Assembly (NCBI GenBank): GCA_963718525.1
Contig: OY970355.1
Span: 2,400,001 to 2,464,000 of the forward strand
Reading direction: 5' to 3'
DNA: 64,000 nucleotides
DNA from: Candidatus Dormiibacterota bacterium
GTDB lineage: Bacteria > Chloroflexota > Dormibacteria > Aeolococcales > Aeolococcaceae
Shown in pieces: positions 13,891-24,387 of the stretch. Under the pieces are notes generated by a model, which saw nothing but the letters and a program-made list of their open reading frames with translations, ran no database searches and had not been told where the DNA came from. The position numbers and the translations under genes are program-made. The stretch's first letter is position 1; each line of letters begins with the position of its first letter.

Positions 13891-16203
13891 TTATTCGTCA
13901 CCCAGGTCGGCGAGCAGCTCGTCGACCTGGAACACATCCATCAGCACATCGCGAGACTTGCTGCCCTCGAACGGACCGACGACGCCGTGCTCGGCGAGCT
14001 GGTCGATGAGGCGGGCGGCGCGCGTGTACCCCACGCTGAGCTTGCGTTGGAGCAGCGAAGCGGCCGCGCGCCCCTCGGCCGCGACGGTATGCGCGGCCTT
14101 GGCGAACAGCGGGTCTCGCTTGGAAGCGTCACGTGCCCAGGACACAGTCGCCTCGACGGTGAAGATCTCTTCCTGATAGTCGGGCTTGCCCTGCAGCTTC
14201 CAGTGACCGATCAGCGCGTCGAGCTCACGGTCGCTCACGAACGCTCCCTGCAGGCGCCGGGGCTTGCCTTCGTCGATGGGCAGATAGAGCATGTCGCCGC
14301 GGCCGAGCAGCTTCTCCGCCCCCATCTCATCGAGGATGACGCGCGAATCGACACCGCTCGAGACGGCGAACGCGACGCGGCTCGGGATGTTCGCCTTGAT
14401 GAGCCCGGTGATGATGTCCGCGGACGGACGCTGCGTGGCGACGATCAGGTGGAGGCCCACGGCGCGCGCGAGCTGAGCGATCCTGCAGATCAGGTCCTCG
14501 ATCTCCCCCGCCGCGACCATCATCAGGTCGGCGAGCTCGTCGATGACGATGACGATGTACGGCAGCGGCGCAACACCGAGGCCGGGTGCCTTCTCGTTGA
14601 ACGCGACGATGTTTCGCGCCGCGTGCGACGCGAAGAGCTTGTAGCGCTCCTCCATTTCCTTCACCGCCCAGCGCAGCGATGCCACAGCCGCCTCGGGTTC
14701 CACCACGACCGGGACGAGGAGATGGGGCAGGTCGGCGAAGTTGGACAGCTCGACCCGTTTGGGATCGATGAGGATCATCTTGAGCTGCGCAGGCGTGGCC
14801 TGCAGGAGGAAACCACCCAGCACCGCATTGATGCACACCGACTTGCCGCTGCCGGTCGCGCCCGCAATCAGCAGATGGGGCATGCGCGTCAAGTCGCCGA
14901 TCACCGGGTGGCCGCTGACATCGGCGCCGAGCGCGACGCTGAGCTTGTGGCGCCGGTCGGTGAATGCGGGGGACTCGATGGTCTCCTTCAGGCTCACCAG
15001 CTGCGCCGCCTTGTTGGGCACCTCGACACCGATGGCCGACTTGCCCGGGATGAACGGCTGGATCCGGATCGGTGCTGCCAGCGCGAGGGCGAGGTCGGTC
15101 TGGTAACCGAGGATGCGCCGAACCGGAACGCCGACAGCCGGCTGCAGCTCGTACTGCGTCACGGTCGGCCCGCTGTTGGCCCCGACGATCCGCGTCTCGA
15201 TGCCGAACGACTGCAGGGTGCTCACGATCTTGTCACCTGTGGCACGAACCTCGGCGGCGAGACGTTCTCGCTTGCCGGTGATCGTGTCCAGCAGCTCGGG
15301 GGTGGGGAGCACCCAGATCTTGTCCGGCTCGTCGTTCACCATCACGGCGTGTCCGAGGCCGACCTCGGGCACCGGCCCGATCAACGTCACCGGCGCATCA
15401 CCCGGCGTGGCCGGGACGCCTTCGAATTCTCGCGTGAATCCGTGTTCGCCCAGGTCCTCGCCGGTCGCCTGTGGTTCCTCAGGGTCGAGAAACGCCGTGA
15501 GTGGCGGAGCCGCCCTGGGCGGATCGAACGGCAGCACCATCGGGACGCCGGTGAGCTCGGTCGAGGGCTCTGGAGCCGGCGCCGGGAAGGCGCGGACGCC
15601 CGCTTCGGAACTGGTCCCCGATCGATCGCGGCGCCGACCCTCCCCTTCGGCCGCGAACCATCGAGCGAGCGCGCGGATGATCGTCCCGGTCCGCAGGTCG
15701 GTCGCGAGGATGAGACCGAGAACTGTGACGACGACCAGTGCCGCGCCCGCCCCTGCCGTGCCGAGCACTCGTCCGACGCCCGTGCCCACGCCGCGTCCCA
15801 CGGCGCCGGCGTCGGCGCCGACCATGCCGATCAGTCCGAGGAGGGCAACCATGGCGATCGCGCTGCCGAGCGCCGCCAGCGTGCCGGCGCGCCACTCCGG
15901 GGTCATGCACAGGCGCGCCCCGGTCAGGAACAACCCGGCGACGCCGATCCACGCTCCGATCCCGAAGGCGCCGAAGAGACCGTCATGGACCGGCCCGGCG
16001 ATGGCTCCCCCGCCGGGAAGGATCAGCACCGCCGCGAGGATGACGCCCGCCCCGATCGCCCCGATCCCGGTCAGCTCACGACGGAGGTCTCGATGCAGCA
16101 GTGGGGGGCGGGACGACGCCGAGACACGGGTTCGGGGACGCGATGCCGCACGCCGCGATGGCGTGCGCTTGCGCGCTGGACGGGTTGGGGCGGAGCGAGC
16201 CAT
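13891..16203 (-). CDS. ftsK: DNA translocase FtsK/SpoIIIE
   Basis: N-terminal TM region, PHLLIAGATGSGKS, IDELADLMM, ATQRPS, GAEKLLGRGDML, gamma domain LLQRKLSVGYTRAARLID. Confidence 0.96.
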   Translation of the reverse strand: MARSAPTRPARKRTPSRRAASRPRTRVSASSRPPLLHRDLRRELTGIGAIGAGVILAAVLILPGGGAIAGPVHDGLFGAFGIGAWIGVAGLFLTGARLCMTPEWRAGTLAALGSAIAMVALLGLIGMVGADAGAVGRGVGTGVGRVLGTAGAGAALVVVTVLGLILATDLRTGTIIRALARWFAAEGEGRRRDRSGTSSEAGVRAFPAPAPEPSTELTGVPMVLPFDPPRAAPPLTAFLDPEEPQATGEDLGEHGFTREFEGVPATPGDAPVTLIGPVPEVGLGHAVMVNDEPDKIWVLPTPELLDTITGKRERLAAEVRATGDKIVSTLQSFGIETRIVGANSGPTVTQYELQPAVGVPVRRILGYQTDLALALAAPIRIQPFIPGKSAIGVEVPNKAAQLVSLKETIESPAFTDRRHKLSVALGADVSGHPVIGDLTRMPHLLIAGATGSGKSVCINAVLGGFLLQATPAQLKMILIDPKRVELSNFADLPHLLVPVVVEPEAAVASLRWAVKEMEERYKLFASHAARNIVAFNEKAPGLGVAPLPYIVIVIDELADLMMVAAGEIEDLICRIAQLARAVGLHLIVATQRPSADIITGLIKANIPSRVAFAVSSGVDSRVILDEMGAEKLLGRGDMLYLPIDEGKPRRLQGAFVSDRELDALIGHWKLQGKPDYQEEIFTVEATVSWARDASKRDPLFAKAAHTVAAEGRAAASLLQRKLSVGYTRAARLIDQLAEHGVVGPFEGSKSRDVLMDVFQVDELLADLGDE

Positions 16204-16338
16204 GTGGTGAACTCGATGTGGACGTGTGGAAGACGGGCTACCGAGGCCCCTGGATCGGGCCCGATGCTATCAGCAAATCGGCCCTCGCAAATGCGGGATC
16301 AGGTTGTGGGGCGGGCCGGCCGAACCGGCGGTGCTTGG

Positions 16339-16359
16339 CGAACATCCGTGCCCATACTA
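16339..16359 (-). promoter_or_regulatory. ftsK -10 (TAGTAT) with adjacent LexA-like box CGAACATCCGTGCC
   Basis: -10 at 16354-16359; box 16339-16352, one mismatch to GAAC-N4-GTTC; same geometry as the yebC box. Confidence 0.45.
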
Positions 16360-16395
16360 CACGAATGTGTTGTCGCGGAGACTCTCTTTTGAGCC

Positions 16396-18063
16396 TTAGA
16401 CCTCGGTGACCAGTGGGAGGATCAGCGGGCGCCGCTTGGTCTTCTTGTACAGGAATCGCGAGAGGCCTTCGTGGATCGCGCCCTGCCACGCGGTATATCC
16501 CGCGTCCGGCGTGAGCCGCGCCACGAGGGTGAGAACGTGCTCGCGCGCCTCATCGAAGAGCGCGTCGGCATCGTCGGCGACGAACCCTCGGGACACGAGG
16601 TCAGGCCCCGCGACGACAGCGCCGCTGCTTCGCTCGACGGTCACCACCACCAGGATGACGCCGTCCTGGGCCAGCTGTTGACGATCGCGGAAGACGACAT
16701 CACCCGCCTCTTCGATGCTGAGCCCGTCGACGTAGACATAGCCGGTCCGGACGCGCTCGCCAGTGGCGCGGACGCCGTTCTCATCGACGGCGATGACGGT
16801 GCCATTGTCGATCGCCAGGACCCGTTCGGCGGGGATGCCGACGGAACGGGCCAGGGCGGCGTGGAGCGCGAGGTGCCGGTACTCCCCATGCACGGGGATG
16901 AAGTAGCGAGGCCGCGTGAGCGTCAGCAGCAGCTTGAGCTCCTCGCGGCTCGCATGCCCCGACGCGTGGACCCCGTGGCGCGAGGAGTTGAAGACGCGAG
17001 CCCCGCGCCGGTAGAGGTTGTTGATCGTCCGATGCACCGATTCCTCGTTGCCCGGAATGGGATTTGCACTGATCACCACCGTGTCGGCCTCACGCAGGCT
17101 CACCATCCGGTGCTCGCCCGCGGCGATGCGCACCAGCGCTGACAGCGGTTCGCCCTGCGCACCGGTGCAGAGGATCGCGAGCTCGTCATCGGGGATACGC
17201 TCGTGCTCCTTCGGCGTGACGAACATGCCCGGTGGAACGTGCAGGTAGCCGAGTTCCTCGGCCACCTTGATGTTCTTGAGCATCGAGCGTCCGACGATGA
17301 AGCAGCGCCGTCCGCAGGCCTGCGCCGCGTTGATCGCCTGCTGCAGTCGGGAGATGTTGGACGCGAACGTGGCCATCAGGATCCGGCCCTGGGCGGCGGC
17401 GAAGATGGGCGCGAGTCCCTCCCCCACGGTGCGCTCGCTGGGCGTCGTTCCCTCCTGTTCCGCGTTGGTGCTGTCGCTCAGCAGCAGCAGCACGCCCTCA
17501 TCCCCGATGCGCGCCAGGCGAGCCAGGTCGGGGGGTTCTCCCTGTACCGGGGTGCTGTCGATCTTGAAGTCGCCGGAGTGCACGATCGTGCCCGCCGGTG
17601 TCCGAACCACCAGTGCGCATGCGTCCGGGATGGAATGGGTCGCGTGCACCCATTCCACATCGAAACACCCCAGCGAGCGTGAATCCCCGGGCCGCACGGT
17701 GTGCAACTCCGTGGTCTCGATGAGTCCGTGCTCGCGCAGCTTGTTGCGCAGGAACCCAAGCGTGAGCGCCGTGCCGTAGACGGGCGCCGGCAGGCGTGGG
17801 AGCACGTATGGCAGCGCGCCGATGTGATCCTCGTGCCCGTGGGTGAGGACGATCCCCCGGATGTTCGCAACCCGCTCCTGCAGCCAGGCGATGTCCGGGA
17901 TCACCAGGTCGACGCCGAGCATCTCCTGCTCCGGGAACATCAAGCCGGTATCGATGACCACGATGTCGTCGCCGCAGCTGAGCGCGAGCATGTTCCGGCC
18001 GATCTCGCCGAGGCCCCCGAGCGGAACCAGCGTGAGCTGTGCCGAGCTCGGTGCGTCGCTCAA
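16396..18063 (-). CDS. rnj: Ribonuclease J
   Basis: PLGGLGEIGRNM, THGHEDHIG, HSIPD, SDSTNA, TGAQGEP, HASGHA, PVHGE. Confidence 0.96.
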   Translation of the reverse strand: MSDAPSSAQLTLVPLGGLGEIGRNMLALSCGDDIVVIDTGLMFPEQEMLGVDLVIPDIAWLQERVANIRGIVLTHGHEDHIGALPYVLPRLPAPVYGTALTLGFLRNKLREHGLIETTELHTVRPGDSRSLGCFDVEWVHATHSIPDACALVVRTPAGTIVHSGDFKIDSTPVQGEPPDLARLARIGDEGVLLLLSDSTNAEQEGTTPSERTVGEGLAPIFAAAQGRILMATFASNISRLQQAINAAQACGRRCFIVGRSMLKNIKVAEELGYLHVPPGMFVTPKEHERIPDDELAILCTGAQGEPLSALVRIAAGEHRMVSLREADTVVISANPIPGNEESVHRTINNLYRRGARVFNSSRHGVHASGHASREELKLLLTLTRPRYFIPVHGEYRHLALHAALARSVGIPAERVLAIDNGTVIAVDENGVRATGERVRTGYVYVDGLSIEEAGDVVFRDRQQLAQDGVILVVVTVERSSGAVVAGPDLVSRGFVADDADALFDEAREHVLTLVARLTPDAGYTAWQGAIHEGLSRFLYKKTKRRPLILPLVTEV

Positions 18064-18716
18064 AAGAGGTCCATCTGGTCACCACCGGCGGCAGCCGCGA
18101 CCTGGCGCATCTCCGATGCGGACGCACCGCCCGCGCGCCGTGCACGCGCTGCCTCAGCGTCGGCGAGATAGCCGCGCACACGCCGCATGTCGGCCTCGAG
18201 GGTCTCCCTGAGGCCACCGTTGTAGAGCGCTGCCGCCGGGTGATACAGCGGTACGTACACCCTGTTGTCGCGTCGCACGCATTCGCCGTGAAGGCGTGAG
18301 ATGCCACCGACGCCGGGGAGCAGCCGGGTCAGCGCGTGACGGCCCAGCAGCAGGATCACGTCGGGCTGGAGGAGCTCGATCTGCTCATCGAGAAAATGGC
18401 TGCACGCCTCGACCTCCGCCGGCTCAGGGTCGCGATTGCGCGGCGGGCGGCATTTCACGATGTTGGTGATGTAGATGTCGCGACGATCGAGTCCGGCCAA
18501 CTCGAGCAGGCTCGTGAGCAAGCGGCCTGCGGCGCCGACAAAGGGTTTGCCCTCGCGGTCCTCGCTCTCACCGGGGGCCTCGCCGACCGCCATCACGCGC
18601 GCCGTCACCGGGCCATATCCGGGTACCGCCTGGATGCGTGTGAGGTGCAGCGGGCATGCCGTGCACTCGCGAACCCGCCCGTGGAGCTCGAGGACCTCTT
18701 CGGTCGTCGCCACCAT
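18060..18716 (-). CDS. Uracil-DNA glycosylase, family 4 (Fe-S)
   Basis: CxxC, VGEAPGESED, PFVGAAG, NIVKCRPPRNRDP, YHPAAALY. Confidence 0.93.
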   Translation of the reverse strand: MVATTEEVLELHGRVRECTACPLHLTRIQAVPGYGPVTARVMAVGEAPGESEDREGKPFVGAAGRLLTSLLELAGLDRRDIYITNIVKCRPPRNRDPEPAEVEACSHFLDEQIELLQPDVILLLGRHALTRLLPGVGGISRLHGECVRRDNRVYVPLYHPAAALYNGGLRETLEADMRRVRGYLADAEAARARRAGGASASEMRQVAAAAGGDQMDLF

Positions 18717-18772
18717 TGGCGGAGTTTAGAGCACCACGCCGGGCGTGCCCGGGCGAGTCATGTCGTGCGTGT

Positions 18773-19783
18773 TCATCGCGCGCCCAGCAGGAGCTCGGCC
18801 ACCTGCACGGCGTTGGTCGCCGCACCCTTGCGCAGGTTGTCCGCGCTGAAGAACAGCGCAATGGCGTTGTCGCGGCCGGTGTCGCGGCGTATGCGTCCCA
18901 CCTGGACGTCGTCGCTGCCGGCGACCGCTCGGGGCATCGGATACTGCTGGGTCGCGGGGTCGTCGACGATGAGGATCCCCGGCGATTCCCGCAGCAGCGC
19001 GCGCACCTCGTCGGCATCGGCCGCGGCGTCGAGCTCGATCCACACCGCGGCGCTGTGCCCGATCGCCACGGGAACGCGGACCGTGGTGATGCTGATGCGA
19101 AGCTCTGGCGCATCAAGGACCTTCCGGGTCTCGGCGATGACCTTGATCTCCTCCTCGGTGTCGGCCCCCTGCATGGTCCACCCGCCCGGGACCACGTTGC
19201 CGTGGATCACGTGCGGGTATCGATGCGCCGTCGGCGTGACGCCGGCGGCGTCGTCGCGCGTCTGCGTCTCCAGCTCGTCGGCGAGGCCGATGCCGGCTCC
19301 GGTCGCAGCCTGGTACGTCGCGACAGTGACGTGGCGGAGCCCGAATGCGGCGTGCAGCGGCGCGAGCACGATGCTCAGCGGGATCGCGACGCAGTTGGGA
19401 TTCGCGACGATGCCGTGGTGCCGTCCGAGCGTGGCGGCGTTGACCTCCGGGACGACGAGCGGAACGGCCGGATCCATGCGGTACGCGCTCGACTTGTCGA
19501 CGGCGATGCCGCCCGCCTCGGCGACCGCCGGGGCGTGACGGCGCGAGGTGAGAGCACCTGCGGCGAAGAACACGATGTCCGCGCCGCGCAATGCATCAGG
19601 CGTCAGCTCGCGCACGTCGACATCGCCGAGATGCGTGCTCAGCGTGCGGCCGGCGCTCCGCGCGCTCGCGAACAGGTCGAGCGTGGCCGCCGGAAAGGAG
19701 CGCTCGCCGAGGATGCGCACGAGCGTGCCCCCGGCGGCGCCGGTCGCACCGACGACGGCGACGGCCGGTCCCTCAGACCGCAC
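18773..19783 (-). CDS. asd: Aspartate-semialdehyde dehydrogenase
   Basis: VVGATG, SSAYRM, VPEVN, ANPNC, RVPV, DNLRKGAATNAVQ. Confidence 0.95.
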   Translation of the reverse strand: MRSEGPAVAVVGATGAAGGTLVRILGERSFPAATLDLFASARSAGRTLSTHLGDVDVRELTPDALRGADIVFFAAGALTSRRHAPAVAEAGGIAVDKSSAYRMDPAVPLVVPEVNAATLGRHHGIVANPNCVAIPLSIVLAPLHAAFGLRHVTVATYQAATGAGIGLADELETQTRDDAAGVTPTAHRYPHVIHGNVVPGGWTMQGADTEEEIKVIAETRKVLDAPELRISITTVRVPVAIGHSAAVWIELDAAADADEVRALLRESPGILIVDDPATQQYPMPRAVAGSDDVQVGRIRRDTGRDNAIALFFSADNLRKGAATNAVQVAELLLGAR

Positions 19784-19794
19784 CGGGTTGCTCG

Positions 19795-21948
19795 TTACGC
19801 GGGCCCGCCGGCACCATTGCCGCCGGCTTCCTGCTGCTGCCTGGAGAGGTCGCGGATCGCCTCACGCCTCGACAGGTTGACACGGCCGCGGTCGTCGACC
19901 TCGATGACCTTGACCATGATCTCGTCGCCGATGTTGACGACATCCTCGACCTTGTCGACATGATGCTCGGCGAGCTGCCCGATCCGGACCAGGCCCTCTT
20001 TCTTCGGCATGATCTCGACGAAGGCGCCGAAGCCCATGAGGCGTGACACCTTGCCCTTGTAGATCTTGCCGATCTCGATGTCATCGGTGAGGTCGTGGAT
20101 CATGGCAACGGCCTGCTCGCGCGAAGCTGCGTTGGCCGACGCGATAAACACGCGACCGTCGTCTTCCACGTCGATCTGCGCGCCGGTCTCCTCGACGATC
20201 TTGCGGATCATCTTGCCGCCCGGGCCGATGACGTCGCGAATCTTGTCGGGGTTGATGTTGATCACCTCGATGCGAGGTGCCCACGGACTCAGCTCCGACC
20301 GCGGCCCGGAAAGCACCTCGGTCATCTTGCCGAGGATGTGCAGACGGCCGACGCGTGCCTGCTCGAGCGCGCGCTCCATCAGGTCCCAGGTCAGGCCGCT
20401 GATCTTGCAGTCCATCTGCATCGCGGTGATACCGGTCGCGGAGCCCGCGACCTTGAAGTCCATGTCGCCGAGCGCATCCTCCATCCCCTGGATATCACTG
20501 AGGATGGCCGCGTGCTCGGCGCCTTCATCGGTGATCAGCCCCATCGCGATGCCCGCGACCGGCGCCACCAGCGGGACGCCCGCGTCCATGAGCGCGAGGC
20601 ATGAGCCGCACACCGATGCCATCGACGTCGAGCCGTTGCTCGAGAGGATCTCGCTGACGATGCGCACCACGTAGGGGAACTTCTCCTCTTCCGGCATCAC
20701 GTTGTGCACCGCACGCTCCGCAAGAGCACCGTGGCCGATCTCGCGACGGCCCGGAGAACGCAAGGGTCGAGCCTCCCCAACCGAGAATGGCGGGAAGTTG
20801 TAGTGGTGGAAGAAGCGCTTGAAGTTCTCCAGGCCGAGCCCGTCGATTTTCTGCTGATCCTGGCCGGAACCGATGGTGACGACCGAGAGTGCCTGCGTCT
20901 GTCCGCGCGTGAACAGCGCCGACCCGTGGGTTCGGGGAAGCACGCCGACCTCGCACCAGATGGGCCGGATCTCGTCGGTGCGCCGGCCGTCGGGGCGGAT
21001 GCCCTCGTTGAGGATCGCGGCGCGCACGGCCTTCTTGACCTCGAACTCGTAGGCCTTGACGACGTCGGAACGGCCGTCGGGGAAGCGCTCCTCGAGTGCC
21101 GACACGGTCTGCTGCTGGAGCTGATCGAGCGCGGCCTCGCGTGACGCCTTGTCCGGGTTGCGCGCGGCGCTGCCGACCCGATCGGCAACGGAGTCGTGCA
21201 CTGCCGCGGTGATCTCAGGGGAGATCTTCTGCGACGGGTAGCTCATCGTCGGCTTGCCGATCGAATCGTGGAGCCCCCGCTGGAATTCCACGAGCTTGCG
21301 GATCTCGCCGTGCGCCATGCGCAGCGCGTCGAGCATGGTGTGTTCGGAGATCTGATGCGCTCCTGCCTCCACCATGACGATCGCGTCCCACGTGCCCGCG
21401 ACGACCAGGTCGAGCGCGGACTCGTTGATCTGCGTCAGGGTCGGATTGAGCATCAGCTGGCCGTCGAGCATGCCGACGCGAACGCAGGCGACCGGTCCCG
21501 CATGAGGAATGCCGCTGATCTGCAGCGCGCACGAGGCGCCGGTGACCGCGAGGGTCGCCGGGTCCTGCTCCTGGTCAGCGCTCAGGACGGTGGCCACGAT
21601 CTGCACGTCGTTGCGGAAGTCCTTGGGGAACAGCGGCCGCATCGGGCGGTCGATCATCCGGCTCGTGATCGTTGCTGCCTCACTCGGCCTGCCCTCGCGT
21701 CGAGGGAACGATCCGGGGATCCGGCCTGCCGCGTAGAGCTTCTCTTCGTAGTCGCACGTCAGCGGAAAGAAGTCGATGCCCTCGCGCGGTGCTTTGGATG
21801 CGACCGCGGTGACGAGCAGCACGGTGTCACCCAGCCGCAGCATCACCGCGCCATTCGCCTGCTCGGCGACGTACCCGGTTTCGACGATCAGTCGCTTGCC
21901 GCAGAAGTCCGTTTCAAATGTTTTCTTGAGATTGTCGGGGATGGCCAC
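19795..21948 (-). CDS. pnp: Polyribonucleotide nucleotidyltransferase
   Basis: DFFPLT, RMIDRPMRPLF, HGSALFTRGQTQ, SNGSTSMAS, GDMDFKVAG, KH and S1 domains. Confidence 0.98.
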   Translation of the reverse strand: MAIPDNLKKTFETDFCGKRLIVETGYVAEQANGAVMLRLGDTVLLVTAVASKAPREGIDFFPLTCDYEEKLYAAGRIPGSFPRREGRPSEAATITSRMIDRPMRPLFPKDFRNDVQIVATVLSADQEQDPATLAVTGASCALQISGIPHAGPVACVRVGMLDGQLMLNPTLTQINESALDLVVAGTWDAIVMVEAGAHQISEHTMLDALRMAHGEIRKLVEFQRGLHDSIGKPTMSYPSQKISPEITAAVHDSVADRVGSAARNPDKASREAALDQLQQQTVSALEERFPDGRSDVVKAYEFEVKKAVRAAILNEGIRPDGRRTDEIRPIWCEVGVLPRTHGSALFTRGQTQALSVVTIGSGQDQQKIDGLGLENFKRFFHHYNFPPFSVGEARPLRSPGRREIGHGALAERAVHNVMPEEEKFPYVVRIVSEILSSNGSTSMASVCGSCLALMDAGVPLVAPVAGIAMGLITDEGAEHAAILSDIQGMEDALGDMDFKVAGSATGITAMQMDCKISGLTWDLMERALEQARVGRLHILGKMTEVLSGPRSELSPWAPRIEVININPDKIRDVIGPGGKMIRKIVEETGAQIDVEDDGRVFIASANAASREQAVAMIHDLTDDIEIGKIYKGKVSRLMGFGAFVEIMPKKEGLVRIGQLAEHHVDKVEDVVNIGDEIMVKVIEVDDRGRVNLSRREAIRDLSRQQQEAGGNGAGGPA

Positions 21949-22006
21949 GCGTGTCTCCTGGTGGTGACCCGCGCCGGACTGGCTCCGCTTCGCCGCGCTC
22001 TCCAGC

Positions 22007-22096
22007 GGTGAGGTGTTGGGGACTGGGCATCAGGGCCTGCGGCTCGCGCTGCAGCTGCGGCACCGCTTCCTGACACACGGACCCCAACGTCTCACC
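22007..22096 (-). promoter_or_regulatory. Long irregular stem-loop in the rpsO-pnp spacer (possible RNase III-type processing site)
   Basis: GGTGAG..GTTGGGG pairs with CCCCAAC..CTCACC; inner GTGTCAGG/CCTGATGC. Confidence 0.55.
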
Positions 22097-22185
22097 TGTG
22101 AGTGCGACGTCGCCGGAAAGGTGCCGGCTCCGGGTCGGTTGATTGGTGTGTGTTTCTTGGGTCTGATAAGTGGCCGCGACTGACA

Positions 22186-22452
22186 CTATCGGCGCAAACC
22201 GAGGCGCCCGATCAGTGCGCGATAGCGCTCGACATCGGTGCCCGACAGGTAGTCGAGCAGCCGGCGGCGCTGACCGACGAGCTTGAGCAACCCGCGGCGC
22301 GACGCGTGGTCCTTGGGGTGATCGCGAAGGTGTTCGGTAAGCGAGCTGATACGTTCAGACAGCACTGCCACCTGGACTTCCGTGGAGCCGGTGTCCGTTT
22401 CGTGGCGCCGATGCTCCGCGATTATCTCGGATTTGGATCTAACGATTGGCAC
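22186..22452 (-). CDS. rpsO: 30S ribosomal protein S15
   Basis: GTG 22452; [35 protein letters not shown]. Confidence 0.97.
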   Translation of the reverse strand: MPIVRSKSEIIAEHRRHETDTGSTEVQVAVLSERISSLTEHLRDHPKDHASRRGLLKLVGQRRRLLDYLSGTDVERYRALIGRLGLRR

Positions 22453-22496
22453 GATTGTTCGCCGCAAGTCTAACAGGAGACCGTCCATCGCCGCCC

Positions 22497-23438
22497 TCAC
22501 TGCGCAGGCTGCGATTTCCGCCGCACCATACCGCGGGTGCGCTCGATGTCGCGACTCATTGCAGATTTGAGCGCTGCAATCGAATTGAATGCACGTTCGG
22601 CGCGGAGCCGCCGTGTCAACGCAAGCCGGACCCGGCGCTCGTACAGGTCGCCATTGAAATCGAGCACGTGGGCCTCGACCGTCACCGCCCCGCCCCCGAA
22701 CGTTGGGCGAGTGCCGATCCCGGTGGCGGCGGGACGCCACCCATCGCCGAAGTTCAGCCAGCCTGCATACACCCCAGGCGCTGGAACGCAGCGCTCCCGG
22801 TCGACGCGAAGGTTTGCCGTCGGCACGCCGAGCCCGGCGCCGCGCCCTTCGCCGCGTTCGACCACGCCATCGAGGACATAGGGTCGCCCGAGCATCGAGA
22901 TCGCCTCCGAAAAGCTCCCTGCGGTGATCGCATCGCGAATCCTCCCCGAGGAGACTGCCCGCCCACCGCGCTTCGATGGAGCCACGGTGGTGACCCCGAA
23001 ACCGCTCTGAGCTCCGAGCCGCCTGAGAAACTCCAGATTGCCCTGGCGTCCATGGCCCAGCGCGAAACCGGGACCGACGATGAGCTCCCGCATCCCCAGG
23101 CTCTCGATGAGGGTGGTCGCGAAGCGATCTGCACTCCAGGTGCTCAGCTCGCGGGTGAACGGGATGACGAGGATGCGGTCGGCGCCGCACTCGCCGAGCA
23201 GTCCGAGGCGGGCGTCGAGGCTCGTGAGCAGGGGCGGGCAGCCCCGCGCGTCGACGACACAGCGAGGATGCGGATCGAACGTGACCGCGACCGCGCTCAT
23301 CGCCCGGCGCCTGGCCGCGTCCCGCACGCGCCGGAGCAGCCGCTGATGCCCGATGTGCACGCCGTCGAAGCTGCCGATCGTCACAACCGACCCTGGGCCG
23401 CCCGCCACCCCTGCGGGGAACTCATGGAGCAGTTCCAT
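22497..23438 (-). CDS. ribF: Bifunctional riboflavin kinase/FAD synthetase
   Basis: [38 protein letters not shown]. Confidence 0.96.
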   Translation of the reverse strand: MELLHEFPAGVAGGPGSVVTIGSFDGVHIGHQRLLRRVRDAARRRAMSAVAVTFDPHPRCVVDARGCPPLLTSLDARLGLLGECGADRILVIPFTRELSTWSADRFATTLIESLGMRELIVGPGFALGHGRQGNLEFLRRLGAQSGFGVTTVAPSKRGGRAVSSGRIRDAITAGSFSEAISMLGRPYVLDGVVERGEGRGAGLGVPTANLRVDRERCVPAPGVYAGWLNFGDGWRPAATGIGTRPTFGGGAVTVEAHVLDFNGDLYERRVRLALTRRLRAERAFNSIAALKSAMSRDIERTRGMVRRKSQPAQ

Positions 23439-23445
23439 CGCGATC

Positions 23446-24387
23446 TCAGCCGGCCAGCACCTTGGTCGGCCGGAGCAGGCCGCCGTTCAGTTCTCCGATT
23501 CCGATCAACTCGCCACTGGGATCATGCATGCGGCACTCTCCGGCGACCTCGGGAAGGATCGATCGGGGCAGCCAGACAGACTGGCCGCGACGCACCTGCT
23601 GGACCTGGGCGGGTCCGAGCTGCACGAGCGGGAGATGGGCGACCGCCACATCAGGCGGCAGCAGCGCCGACCACGGATCCTCCATCGCCTCGAGCTGGTC
23701 GAGCGTGATCGATGAGCCGAGCGTGAGCGTGCCGTAGCTCGTCCGCGAGAGCCAGCCGAGGAGTCCGCCGGTGCCAAGAGCATCGCCGAGGTCGGCGGCG
23801 AGGACGCGCATGTATGCGCCCTTGCCGCTGACCACCACGATCTCGGCCTCGGCCACAGGGCCGGGACGGTAGTCGACAAGCTCCGCCGAGTGGATGGTCA
23901 CCGTGCGCGGCCGGCGGACCACTTCCTCCCCGGCACGCGCCAGCTCGTAGAGGTGGCGTCCCTCGTGGCGGACCGCGGAGTGCATCGGGGGAATCTGATC
24001 GATGTCGCCCGTGAAACGGGCCAGCTCAGCGCGAATCCGATCGGTTGCGAGGCCGCTCGCGTCGGCGCCCGTGACGATGACCCCCTCGGTGTCACAGGTG
24101 TCGCTGCGCTCGCCGAGGCGGACGACGCAGTGATAGGTCTTGGGCTGAGCGTGGAAATAGTCGACGAAGCGGGTGGTGCGACCGACGCAGATCGGGAGCA
24201 GGCCGGTGGCTGTGGGGTCGAGCGTCCCGGCGTGGCCGACGCGCCGCTCGCCGAGGATGCGACGAACCTGACGGACTGCGTCAAACGACGTGATCCCTGC
24301 GGGCTTGTCGAGCGGGAGCACGCCTCCTCTGCGCGCGACCGCCGACCCCGAGCGTGGGCCGGCGCCCGCCGCGGCGACTCCGGTCAC
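23446..24387 (-). CDS. truB: tRNA pseudouridine(55) synthase
   Basis: DKPAGITS, GHAGTLDP, QIPPMHSAV, GKGAYMR; GTG start overlaps the nrnA stop. Confidence 0.95.
   Translation of the reverse strand: MTGVAAAGAGPRSGSAVARRGGVLPLDKPAGITSFDAVRQVRRILGERRVGHAGTLDPTATGLLPICVGRTTRFVDYFHAQPKTYHCVVRLGERSDTCDTEGVIVTGADASGLATDRIRAELARFTGDIDQIPPMHSAVRHEGRHLYELARAGEEVVRRPRTVTIHSAELVDYRPGPVAEAEIVVVSGKGAYMRVLAADLGDALGTGGLLGWLSRTSYGTLTLGSSITLDQLEAMEDPWSALLPPDVAVAHLPLVQLGPAQVQQVRRGQSVWLPRSILPEVAGECRMHDPSGELIGIGELNGGLLRPTKVLAG

Noticed and set aside
13831-16392. Long + strand ORFs antisense to core genes (also 6753-8402, 25825-28056, 37830-39746)
   Set aside because: Shadow ORFs expected at high GC; no motifs, and they overlap confidently identified genes on the other strand.
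23503-23512. Another GATCAACTCG, in truB
   Set aside because: Encodes a plausible native GELIGIG, so it is not counted as a motif-linked error.
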